Shown piece after piece: positions 19,262 through 28,268 of a stretch of 64,000 nt of DNA. The notes below the pieces were generated by a model. The model was not told the DNA's origin and did not search any database. It saw only the letters and a program-made list of their open reading frames with translations. Made by a program: the position numbers and the translations under genes. The DNA lies in contig CBDDFZ010000002.1 of NCBI GenBank assembly GCA_965227515.1, positions 224,001-288,000 on the forward strand. Direction: 5' to 3'. Numbering within the stretch: the first letter of the stretch is position 1; the number at the start of each line of letters is the position of its first letter. The stretch is from Alphaproteobacteria bacterium. Lineage in GTDB: Bacteria > Pseudomonadota > Alphaproteobacteria > CALKHQ01.

Positions 19262-20095
19262 GTGGCGTCAAATATTCCGGTTCTCGTGGGGCATGTCAAA
19301 TCTGGCACCGCTTATATTGATGCCTCTGTTCGTGCGAGCTCGTTGGTAGATATATTTGGTGCAAATGAAGTGCGCGCGATGTCCCCTCAAGATATTATCG
19401 CGCGCGCTGAAGAGAGGCCCGTGTATGCATATCACCAGAACGCGCTGTTGATTCCTGAGTACCTGGAAAAGCTCAGAGAAATTGCGGGAGAGGGCCCGGT
19501 TTTTGTTATCTACAGAAATCCCATAGACGCCGCGCTCTCGATCGCGCGACAATTGATGCAAGGTCATGCGGGAGATATCGATGTTGGGCTGAAAAAGAAG
19601 ATATTCATGCCTGGGAATCCGTTGAACAATATGTTTGACAGCTTTATGTCGGGAGCCTTTCGTGAATTGATTGATGAGCGGTTTAATTACGTCAATTCGG
19701 CCAAGACAGTGAGGAGTGTCTTCCCTCTCTCCCAAATTAAAGAGTATCTGTTTGAGGACAGGGCGCGTGTGTTGGAGGACCTTGCCGGTGCACTCGGCTG
19801 CACACTCAGCCCGCTTGAACGGCCCGTCAATGTCTCCTATACGCCCCGCAACTGGCTGCTATACAAGATTATCAACTTTTCCTATTCAAGGATTACCAGG
19901 CGGGATTCGGGACAACTCCGCACTGCTGTGACAGATGGTGGGGCAACTGGACTGCTGGCCTTCATCTATCGACTGAATCAAAGGCCGCCGTCCACTCTGC
20001 TCAGTCCGGAAGAACGTCAACAAATATTATCGAATCTACCATTCAGTCTGTCTGAATTTTCCGACCTGACTGGATTGCGGCCTGATTGGACGTAG
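19262..20095 (+). CDS. Putative PAPS-dependent sulfotransferase (AT-rich)
   Basis: VGHVKSGT (5'-phosphosulfate loop-like) and IYRNPIDAALS (3'-phosphate-binding-like); atypical composition. Confidence 0.65.
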   Translation: MASNIPVLVGHVKSGTAYIDASVRASSLVDIFGANEVRAMSPQDIIARAEERPVYAYHQNALLIPEYLEKLREIAGEGPVFVIYRNPIDAALSIARQLMQGHAGDIDVGLKKKIFMPGNPLNNMFDSFMSGAFRELIDERFNYVNSAKTVRSVFPLSQIKEYLFEDRARVLEDLAGALGCTLSPLERPVNVSYTPRNWLLYKIINFSYSRITRRDSGQLRTAVTDGGATGLLAFIYRLNQRPPSTLLSPEERQQILSNLPFSLSEFSDLTGLRPDWT

Positions 20096-20154
20096 GGCCG
20101 CCACGTTCCAACCGATCCGCGGTTGCCGAGCCCCGCTCGGACAGCTCACTTGCC

Positions 20155-21762
20155 ATGCACGACAGTCAACCAATCGTCTTTACCCTGCTCAATCAGTTCG
20201 TGGACCTGATCGGAGGTTGCGCGCGCACGCTGCGGTCCGAGCACGGCATCGGCAGTATCCTGCTGCACACGGGTGGCCTGCCGAACCCGAATGTGTACGA
20301 CCTGAAGCCGGCCGATTTCGATCAGACGATCGACTATGTGCAGGAACTGCAACCGCGCCCGATCGATGGTGCGTCCGGCGGGCGCGCGATCTGCGAGGCC
20401 GCGCAGGCGGCGGAACGGCGCTACGGCTGCAGGATCGTCGAGCTGATCCGCGCCGACAGGCATCTGGGCCCGCAGTTCGCCAACGGCGCGGCGGTTCCGA
20501 CGTCGCGCTACGGGCGCCGGTTCAGCTACGAGCAGGCGGTCGATCTGGCGGTCCGCTTGCTGGCCTACTTTGACGACCTGATCGAGCGCACCAGCCCCCG
20601 GGTCATCGTCACGACCCCTGGCGATACGGCAAGGATGGCCCTCATTTCGGTTGCGGAACGTCGCGGCATACCCATTCGGCTGCCGAGCCAGAGCTACTCC
20701 AATGACGCGTTTCAATGGCGCGTGGACCGGTATTTCTGGCCTGCGAACCTGGCGCGCGCATTCGAGCAGACGGCAAACGACGCCAAGACCGATGCGGAGG
20801 TCGATGCGAACAGTGACGATGGTGCACGTGCGGTGCCGGACTCGAACCGCACGGCCTATGCCCGGCGCGAGCTTGCATCCGGGCAATCCATACTGGTGCC
20901 CATGCGCAGCTCGGCGCGCGCGATACGGCGCGAGGTGGGCAACGTCATCAAGCGGCGGTCGGTCGGCTATGGCGGCTACCGGCTGGGCGAGACCATCGCA
21001 ACGACGTTTGCAACCTGGCGCGCCAAGAAGCGCCTGGCACGCCTGGCGCCGAGCGGCGACAGCCTGCCCGGAGGCTGTTCCTACATTCTCTATCCCTTGG
21101 TGGTGGAGCCGGAAACGACGCTGCAGTGCGAATCCCCGATGGCCGACAACCAACTGACCATCATCGATTGGCTGGCAAAGTCGATTCCGGGCGGCTGGCG
21201 ACTGGTGGTGAAGGAGCACCCGGGATTCACCTATCCGCGGCCCGGCTACTTCTGGCAACAGATCCGGCGCTACCCGAATGTCGTTGTCGCCGCGCTGGGC
21301 GAGAGCGGGGAGCGGTTGGCTCAGGATGCCCGTATGGTGGCGGTGATCAATGGCACGCTCGGCATGCAGGCGGCCGCCGGTGGCGTGCCTGTGCTCACGT
21401 TCCACCCGCACTGGTGGGGGCGCTTTCTGCCGCATGTGGCCTTCGCCGGCAGCTACGAGGAAACGGCGGACGCGATCCGCAAGCTGGCCGACGATGCAAA
21501 CCTGCCGCCGGTGCCGGAGCGCCAGCGTCTGGGCCGGGCGCTGGAGCGTGCGCTCGACGTCGATGCGGTCCACCTGGAGGACCCGCGTATCCTGAACGAG
21601 AAGGCGCTTGGCGAGCCAACGCCGGAAGGGGATGTTCGCGCGATCCTGGAGGCGTTGTTCCACTCCTTGCGCGAAACCGACCAGGACAGGCAGGCGCCGT
21701 TCGACGAGCGCTCTGGCAACGAACAACCGATGGCGTCGCCGAAAATGCCGCAAATCGCATGA
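20155..21762 (+). CDS. KpsS/Capsule_synth-like putative CMP-ulosonate transferase
   Basis: YILYPLVVEPETT, LVVKEHPG, INGTLGMQA...PV motifs resemble the KpsS family C-terminus. Confidence 0.7.
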   Translation: MHDSQPIVFTLLNQFVDLIGGCARTLRSEHGIGSILLHTGGLPNPNVYDLKPADFDQTIDYVQELQPRPIDGASGGRAICEAAQAAERRYGCRIVELIRADRHLGPQFANGAAVPTSRYGRRFSYEQAVDLAVRLLAYFDDLIERTSPRVIVTTPGDTARMALISVAERRGIPIRLPSQSYSNDAFQWRVDRYFWPANLARAFEQTANDAKTDAEVDANSDDGARAVPDSNRTAYARRELASGQSILVPMRSSARAIRREVGNVIKRRSVGYGGYRLGETIATTFATWRAKKRLARLAPSGDSLPGGCSYILYPLVVEPETTLQCESPMADNQLTIIDWLAKSIPGGWRLVVKEHPGFTYPRPGYFWQQIRRYPNVVVAALGESGERLAQDARMVAVINGTLGMQAAAGGVPVLTFHPHWWGRFLPHVAFAGSYEETADAIRKLADDANLPPVPERQRLGRALERALDVDAVHLEDPRILNEKALGEPTPEGDVRAILEALFHSLRETDQDRQAPFDERSGNEQPMASPKMPQIA

Positions 21763-22919
21763 GCCAGGCAGCTAACCCCACCGACCAGGGCCCGGCGATG
21801 GTGTATTGCAAACGCTGTCTGGAGCCGAGCACGCGGCCGGACTCGATCTTCGACGAGGAGGGCGTGTGCCTGCCGTGCCGTCTGCTCGAGACGGCGCACG
21901 AGATCGACTGGCAGGCGCGGATGGCCGACCTGGACCAGATCGTCGCCTGGGGCAAGGCGCGCAACGTCAGCGGTTACGACTGCATCATCCCGGTCAGCGG
22001 CGGCAAGGATTCGCACCGCCAGGCGATGTACTGCCGCGACGTGCTGGGCATGAAGGCGCTCCTGGTCTCGTGCGGCTATCCGCCGGAGCAGCAGACCGAG
22101 CGCGGCGCCCACAACATCGCCAATCTGATCAACCTTGGGTTCGACTGCATCTATGTCAGCCCGGCGCCGGAAACCTGGCGCCGCCTGATGCGCGCCGGCT
22201 TCTTCCGCTGGGGCAACATGTTCAAGTCGACCGAGCTCGCGCTCTACGCCAGCGCGCCGAAGATCGCCACCGCCTGGCACATCCCGCTGGTCGTCTATGG
22301 CGAGAATCCGTCGCTGTCCTGGGGCAGCGCCGGCGGCTCGATGAACGAGGACGCCAACCAGCTCCGCTTCTCCAACACGCTGCAGGGCGGCGATATCTCG
22401 TGGCTGCTGGAAGCTGGCTTCAACCTGAAGGAAATCTACTGGTATCGCTATCCGTCGGACCGCGACGTGCAGCGCGCCAATCTGCGCATGATCTACCTCG
22501 GCTACTTCATCGAGGACTTCAACGACGCCATGAACGGCAAGCTGGCGATGGAGTGGGGCTTGAAGCCGCGCGAGGGCGAGGACGCAATCCCCGAGGACAT
22601 CGGCCAGATCACCACCTATGACGCGCTGGACGACGACTTCGTCATCGTCAACCAGATGCTGAAGCAACTGAAGTTCGGGTTCGGCAAGGCGTCGGAGCAA
22701 TGCAGCGGGATGATCCGCAATGGCGAAATCACCCGCGAGAAGGGCGTGGAGTTGGCCAATCTCTACGACGGGCGCTGCGCGCATCGCTATCTGAAGGCGT
22801 TCTGCGACTATATCGGCGTCAGCGAGGATGAGTTCTGGGAGCAGGCCGAACGTTGGCGCAATCGCGACATCTGGGTGCAAGAGGGCAATACGTGGACGCT
22901 GCGCTATCCGCTGACGTGA
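21759..22919 (+). CDS. N-acetyl sugar amidotransferase 2
   Basis: CKRC..STRP..GVCxxC, YDCIIPVSGGKDS, LKFGFGKA. Confidence 0.92.
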   Translation: MSQAANPTDQGPAMVYCKRCLEPSTRPDSIFDEEGVCLPCRLLETAHEIDWQARMADLDQIVAWGKARNVSGYDCIIPVSGGKDSHRQAMYCRDVLGMKALLVSCGYPPEQQTERGAHNIANLINLGFDCIYVSPAPETWRRLMRAGFFRWGNMFKSTELALYASAPKIATAWHIPLVVYGENPSLSWGSAGGSMNEDANQLRFSNTLQGGDISWLLEAGFNLKEIYWYRYPSDRDVQRANLRMIYLGYFIEDFNDAMNGKLAMEWGLKPREGEDAIPEDIGQITTYDALDDDFVIVNQMLKQLKFGFGKASEQCSGMIRNGEITREKGVELANLYDGRCAHRYLKAFCDYIGVSEDEFWEQAERWRNRDIWVQEGNTWTLRYPLT

Positions 22920-23584
22920 CGTCCCGGCTCACCCCCAGCCAGCGCCAGGCTCAGGCGGCGCTCGACCTGGTGATCGTCGACTACGGGCTGGCCAACCTGA
23001 CCTCGGTGGCGAATGCGCTCGCCCGGCTGGGCTGCGCGGCCGAGATCAGCGACGACCCGGCGCGGCTGGTGGATGCCGAGGCGATCCTGCTGCCCGGTGT
23101 CGGCAGCTTCGGCGAGGCCATCGGCGCCTTGCGCGCGCGCCGACTGGACGCGCCGCTGACCGAGGCGGTGATCGAGGGCGGCACGCCTTTTCTGGGCATC
23201 TGCCTCGGCCTGCAGTTGCTCGCCCGCCGCTCCGCCGAGCTTGGCGAGCACGAAGGCCTGGGCTGGATCGATGCCGATGTCGACTACGTGCCGGCCGATG
23301 CCGGGCGGGTGCCCCATGTCGGCTGGACCTCGATCGACTTCGACGACGACGATCCCCTGTTCCACGGTATCGACCGCGACGCCGCGTTCTATTTCGACCA
23401 TTCGCTGCACATGGCACCCCGCGAGCGCGTGCGCACGGCGACGGTGGACTATGGCGGCACGCTTGTCGCCGCGTTCACCCGGGACAATGTGATGGCGACC
23501 CAGTTCCATCCGGAAAAGAGCGACCGCAACGGGCTCAGGCTGCTGCGCAACTTCCTCAACATCTGCCTCGACGCGCGCCACTGA
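22916..23584 (+). CDS. hisH: HisH-family glutamine amidotransferase (paralog 2)
   Basis: DYGLAN, LPGVGSF, LGICLG, VPHVGW, QFHPEKS; start approximate. Confidence 0.9.
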   Translation: MTSRLTPSQRQAQAALDLVIVDYGLANLTSVANALARLGCAAEISDDPARLVDAEAILLPGVGSFGEAIGALRARRLDAPLTEAVIEGGTPFLGICLGLQLLARRSAELGEHEGLGWIDADVDYVPADAGRVPHVGWTSIDFDDDDPLFHGIDRDAAFYFDHSLHMAPRERVRTATVDYGGTLVAAFTRDNVMATQFHPEKSDRNGLRLLRNFLNICLDARH

Positions 23585-23597
23585 TGGCCCAGGACTG

Positions 23598-24473
23598 ATG
23601 CCAAAGAAACGCGTCATCGCCGCCATCATCGTGCGCCAGGGCTGGGCGGTGCAGTCGTTCGGCTTCGCGCGTTGGCTGCCGGTCGGCCGGCCGGAGATCG
23701 CCGCCCGGTTCTTCGGGTCCTGGGGCGCGGACGAGATCGTGGTGCTCGATATCGATGCCAGCCGCGAAGGGCGGACCATCGACCCCGCCCTGGTGGCGCG
23801 GATCGCGCATCAGGTGCAGGTGCCGCTGACGGCCGGCGGCGGCCTGCGCAGCGCCGAAGATGTGCGCGAGGTGGTGCAGGCAGGCGCCGACAAGGTGGCG
23901 ATGAACCAGGCAGCGTTCGATGTGCCGGCAGGTGTGCACGAGGCGGTCGAGGCGTTCGGCACCCAGTGCATCATCGGCGCGATGGACGTGCGACGCGGCA
24001 GCGATGGTGTTGCGCGGGTGTTCGCGGGCAACGGCCAGGCGGACACCGGCCTCGACCCGGTCGCGCACGCCGCGGCCCTGGCCCGGTTGGGTGTCGGCGA
24101 GATCCTGGTCAACAGCATCGATCGCGATGGCGCTGGCGCTGGCTACGATACCGGGACCGCGCTGGCCGTGGCGCGCTCGGTCGCGATGCCGGTGATCGTG
24201 CTCGGCGGTGCCGGTCATCCGGCCCATCTGCACGATGTGCTGCGCCACGAGGAGATCGCGGCGGCGGCGGCGGCGAACTTCTTCAACCACACCGAACACG
24301 CCATCGGCACCGCCAAGGCGTGGCTGAAGGGTGCGGGCATCGACATTCGCCTGGAGAACTGGGCCGACTACAGCCAGTACCCGTTCGACGAGGGCCAGGG
24401 CCGGTTGCTGAAGAAGCCCGACGCGGTGCTGGACGACGAGATTTTCGAATTCGTCGCGCCCGAGGTAATTTGA
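23598..24473 (+). CDS. hisF: HisF-like protein (paralog 2) with C-terminal extension
   Basis: GADEIVVLDI, TAGGGLRS, GADKV, GVGEILVNSIDRDG, GYD. Confidence 0.9.
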   Translation: MPKKRVIAAIIVRQGWAVQSFGFARWLPVGRPEIAARFFGSWGADEIVVLDIDASREGRTIDPALVARIAHQVQVPLTAGGGLRSAEDVREVVQAGADKVAMNQAAFDVPAGVHEAVEAFGTQCIIGAMDVRRGSDGVARVFAGNGQADTGLDPVAHAAALARLGVGEILVNSIDRDGAGAGYDTGTALAVARSVAMPVIVLGGAGHPAHLHDVLRHEEIAAAAAANFFNHTEHAIGTAKAWLKGAGIDIRLENWADYSQYPFDEGQGRLLKKPDAVLDDEIFEFVAPEVI

Positions 24474-24501
24474 CGGTGCGCGTTCTTTCCCAAAGCCCAA
24501 A

Positions 24502-24638
24502 TCGTCGCCCTCGCCCCCCGTGGCGAGGGCCCATGGCTAAGCCGTGCGCGTCATACGCCTCGTACAGCGCGGGCAAACAGGCAGGCGACCGGCGCTTGGC
24601 TCACACATGGGTCCTCGCCACAAGGGCGAGGACGACGA
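24502..24638. repeat. REP-like (CGTC-type) palindromic element
   Basis: Arms tcgtcgccctcgccccccgtggcgagggcccatg (24502-24535) and catgggtcctcgccacaagggcgaggacgacga (24606-24638) are near-perfect inverted repeats, each also a small hairpin. Confidence 0.85.
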
Positions 24639-24660
24639 GGGGATTGGGCAAACCTACACA

Positions 24661-25968
24661 ATGAACTACTGCACCCGTTGCCTCTATCCGGCGAACCATC
24701 CGCTCGGCATCGTGCTGGACGATGCGGGCGTGTGCAGCGGTTGCCGGGTGCACGAGGAGAAGTACACCCTGGACTGGCAGGCGCGGTTCGAGCGTCTGCG
24801 CCGCCTGTTCGATGCCTACCGCAACAAGAGCGGCACGTCCTACGACTGCATCGTGCCGGTCACGGGCGCGCGCGACAGCTACTACATCGTTCACGTGGTC
24901 AAGCACCTGTGCGGCATGAACCCGCTGCTGGTCGCCTACAACCGGCATTACAACACCGAGCGCGGCATCCGGAACCTGTCCTACCTGCGCACGGTCATGG
25001 ATTGCGACCTGCTGCAGCAGGTGGTGTCGCCTGAGATCGTCAAGCGGGTCAGCCGAGAAACGCTTGCGCGCATCGGCTCGCTGCATTGGCACGCCCTGGC
25101 CGGCCACACCGTGTGGCCGGTGCAGGTGGCGGTCAGGCTGCGCATTCCGCTGATCGTGTGGGGCGCGCATCAGGGCCTGGACCAGGTCGGCATGTACACC
25201 CATGGCCAAGAGGTCGAGATGACCCGCAAGTACCGGATGGAGCACGACCTGATGGGCGTGGAGGCGGAGGACCTGGTCGACGGCATGGAGGGTCTGACCG
25301 ACCACGACATGACGCCGTTCAAGTATCCGCATGACCGCCAACTCTCGAAGGTCGGCGTGCGCGGCATCTACCTCGGCAACTACATTCCTTGGGACTCCAA
25401 GCGCCAGCACGAGGACATGCAGGCGCTCTACGACCACGAGTTCGCGCCGCAGCAGCGCACCTTCGACACCTACAACGACGTCGATTGCCAGCACTACAGC
25501 GGGCTGCACGACTGGATAAAGTTCGCCAAGTGGGGCTATGGCAAGGTGACGGACCACGCCAGCCGCGAGATTCGCCTGAAGCGGATGAGCCGCGAGGAAG
25601 GCATCGACATGGTCGCGCGCTACAGCCAGGTCGAGCCGCGCGACCGCCGGCAGTGGCTGGACTGGCTGGAGCTGGACGATGCCACCTTCGACGCGTCCGT
25701 GGACCGGTGCCGCGACCCGCGCATCTGGACACGCGCCGATGATGGCGGTTGGCGGCTGATGGACCACATCGGCAACCACCGCAACGATCCCGGGGTCGAG
25801 GCGGCGCGGCTGGAACGCGCCGAGGACACGTGCGCGTTTCGCGTGACCCCGTCGAAGGACCCCGAGGCCGACGAGAGCGAGTACGTTCTGATGACCAAGG
25901 GCTACGTGCTGGGCCACCCGGCCACCAACCGGACGGCTGGCCGGGAACAACCGTCGAGGCTGCCATGA
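24661..25968 (+). CDS. N-acetyl sugar amidotransferase 3 (variant PP-loop TGARDS)
   Basis: MNYCTRCLYP, GVCSGC, YDCIVPVTGARDS, KWGYGKVTDHA. Confidence 0.9.
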   Translation: MNYCTRCLYPANHPLGIVLDDAGVCSGCRVHEEKYTLDWQARFERLRRLFDAYRNKSGTSYDCIVPVTGARDSYYIVHVVKHLCGMNPLLVAYNRHYNTERGIRNLSYLRTVMDCDLLQQVVSPEIVKRVSRETLARIGSLHWHALAGHTVWPVQVAVRLRIPLIVWGAHQGLDQVGMYTHGQEVEMTRKYRMEHDLMGVEAEDLVDGMEGLTDHDMTPFKYPHDRQLSKVGVRGIYLGNYIPWDSKRQHEDMQALYDHEFAPQQRTFDTYNDVDCQHYSGLHDWIKFAKWGYGKVTDHASREIRLKRMSREEGIDMVARYSQVEPRDRRQWLDWLELDDATFDASVDRCRDPRIWTRADDGGWRLMDHIGNHRNDPGVEAARLERAEDTCAFRVTPSKDPEADESEYVLMTKGYVLGHPATNRTAGREQPSRLP

Positions 25969-27014
25969 CCGCGTCGCCCCCCATACGCGCTTTCGAAAAT
26001 CCGATGCCCGACCTGAACGGCAAGGGCATCCTGGTCACCGGCGGCACCGGCTCGTTCGGCCGGCGCTTCGTGGCCGAGGTCCTGGCGCGCTACCGGCCGG
26101 CCCGCCTGATCGTGTTCTCGCGCGACGAGCTGAAACAGTATGAGATGGAGCAGGACTTCCCGCTCTCCGAGCACGGCGCGCTGCGCTACTTCATCGGCGA
26201 CGTGCGCGACCGGCAGCGCCTCGCCATGGCGATGCGCGACATCGACTATGTGGTGCATGCCGCCGCGCTGAAGCATGTGCCGACGGCGGAATACAATCCG
26301 ATGGAGTGCATCCACACCAACGTGATGGGCGCGGAAAACGTGATCCACGCCGCCATTGGCGCCGGCGTGCGCCAGGTGATTGCGCTCTCCACCGACAAGG
26401 CGGCCAACCCGATCAACCTCTACGGTGCCTCCAAGCTTGCATCGGACAAGCTGTTCGTCGCGGCCAACGCGCTGGGCGGGCGCGGCGGCGCGCGCTTCGC
26501 GGTGGTGCGCTACGGCAATGTCGTCGGGTCGCGCGGTTCGGTGGTGCCGTTCTTCAAGCGGCTGGTGGCTGAGGGGGCCGCCGAGTTGCCGATCACCGAC
26601 CCGCGCATGACGCGGTTCTGGATCACGTTGCAGCAGGGTGTGGCGTTCGTGCTGTCCAGCCTGGCGATGATGTCCGGCGGCGAGATTTTCGTGCCCAAAA
26701 TCCCGTCGATGAATATCGTCGACCTGGCCGAGACCATGGCACCCGGCGTGCCGCACAAAATGGTCGGCATACGGCCAGGCGAGAAGCTGCACGAAATCAT
26801 GGTGCCGGAGGATGACGGCCGCTCCACCATGGAACTGGACGACCGCTACATCATCGCCCCGCAGTTCCCGTGGTGGAGTGGCGAGACCCACGTGCAGCGC
26901 GGCGCGACCCATGTGTCGGAAGGGTTCAGCTACGCCAGCGACACCAACACCGAGTGGCTGAGCGGCGAGGACATGCTGCGGTTGCTCGACGGCACGGAGG
27001 CGAACGCTGGCTGA
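25965..27014 (+). CDS. pseB: UDP-N-acetylglucosamine 4,6-dehydratase (inverting)
   Basis: TGGTGSFG, SRDELKQ, HAAALKHVP, STDKAANPINLYGASK, RYGNVVGSRGSV, MTRFWI, GIRPGEKLHE. Confidence 0.95.
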   Translation: MTASPPIRAFENPMPDLNGKGILVTGGTGSFGRRFVAEVLARYRPARLIVFSRDELKQYEMEQDFPLSEHGALRYFIGDVRDRQRLAMAMRDIDYVVHAAALKHVPTAEYNPMECIHTNVMGAENVIHAAIGAGVRQVIALSTDKAANPINLYGASKLASDKLFVAANALGGRGGARFAVVRYGNVVGSRGSVVPFFKRLVAEGAAELPITDPRMTRFWITLQQGVAFVLSSLAMMSGGEIFVPKIPSMNIVDLAETMAPGVPHKMVGIRPGEKLHEIMVPEDDGRSTMELDDRYIIAPQFPWWSGETHVQRGATHVSEGFSYASDTNTEWLSGEDMLRLLDGTEANAG

Positions 27015-27036
27015 TGCCGCCATCGCCGGCGCAAGG

Positions 27037-28266
27037 GTGACCGCAGAGTTGGCCGACGCACCAAACGCGCTGCCGTTCCTGCCCTATGGGCGGCAGGCGA
27101 TCGACGACGACGACGTGGCGGCGGTCGCGCGCGTGTTGCAGGGCGACTGGCTGACCACCGGCCCGACCGTCGAGGCATTCGAGCAGGCGCTGGCCGAGAA
27201 GGTGGACGCCGGCTTCGCGGTTGCCTGCAGCAGCGGCACGGCCGCCCTGCACATGGCCGCGATGGCGCTTGGCCTGGGGCCGGGCGACGCGGTGATCGTG
27301 CCGACGATCACGTTCCTGGCCACCGCCAACATGGCCCGCTTCGTCGGCGCCGAGGTGGTGTTCGCCGACGTCGATCCTGACACCGGACTGATGGGCGTGG
27401 AGCAAGCCAGCGACGCGCTGGCGCGGGTGCCCGCCGGGCTGAAGGCGAAGGCGCTGGCGCCGGTGCATCTCGCCGGCCAGTGCGCCGATCCCATCGGGCT
27501 GCGCGCACTGGCCGACGAACATGGCCTCAGCGTGATCGAGGATGCCTGCCACGCGCTCGGCACCACCTATGGCAACGGCACCCCGGTGGGGGCCGCGGCG
27601 CATGCCGACCTCGCCACGTTCTCGTTCCATCCGGTGAAGACGATTGCCATGGGCGAGGGTGGGGCCGTCACCGGCAACGACCCGGTGCTGGGCGCGCGTC
27701 TGCGGAAGCTGCGCAGCCACGGCATGACCCGCGACGCGGCCGACATGGCCAACGCGGGCGAGGCGCTGGATGCCGATGGCACGGTCAACCCGTGGTACTA
27801 CGAGATGCCCGACCTGGGGTTCAACTACCGCGCCAGCGACATCCAGTGCGCGCTCGGCTTGAGCCAGCTTGCGAAGCTGGACGGCTTCGTCGAGCGCCGC
27901 CGCGCCCTGGTCGAGCGCTATGACCGGCTGCTCGCGCCGTTGGCGCCGCGGGTGCGACCGCTGGGGCGGGTGCCGGGCAACCGGCCGGGCTGGCATCTCT
28001 ATGTCGCGCTGGTCGATTTTGAGGCTGTCGGCCTGGACCGCGCTGGGCTGATGAACGCCTTGCGTGCGCGCGGCATCGGCAGCCAGGTGCACTACATCCC
28101 GGTGCATTGGCAGCCCTACTACCGCGACCGGTATGGCGATATCGACCTGCCGGGTGCCGCGGCCTATTACCGGCGGTGCTTGTCGCTGCCGCTCTATCCG
28201 ACGATGGCGGACCAGGATGTCGACCGGGTGGTCGCCGCACTCGCCGCGTGTCTGGGAGACGACTGA
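27037..28266 (+). CDS. pseC: UDP-4-amino-4,6-dideoxy-N-acetyl-beta-L-altrosamine transaminase
   Basis: LPYGRQ.ID, WLTTGP, SFHPVKTI..GEGG, LRSHG, PWYYEM..LGFNYR, QVHYIPVH.QPYY; follows pseB. Confidence 0.93.
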   Translation: MTAELADAPNALPFLPYGRQAIDDDDVAAVARVLQGDWLTTGPTVEAFEQALAEKVDAGFAVACSSGTAALHMAAMALGLGPGDAVIVPTITFLATANMARFVGAEVVFADVDPDTGLMGVEQASDALARVPAGLKAKALAPVHLAGQCADPIGLRALADEHGLSVIEDACHALGTTYGNGTPVGAAAHADLATFSFHPVKTIAMGEGGAVTGNDPVLGARLRKLRSHGMTRDAADMANAGEALDADGTVNPWYYEMPDLGFNYRASDIQCALGLSQLAKLDGFVERRRALVERYDRLLAPLAPRVRPLGRVPGNRPGWHLYVALVDFEAVGLDRAGLMNALRARGIGSQVHYIPVHWQPYYRDRYGDIDLPGAAAYYRRCLSLPLYPTMADQDVDRVVAALAACLGDD

Positions 28267-28268
28267 CC

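Noticed and set aside
2691-20095. IS elements or integron cassettes explaining the AT-rich inserts
   Set aside because: No transposase or integrase, and no convincing terminal inverted repeats or attC-like sites seen by eye.
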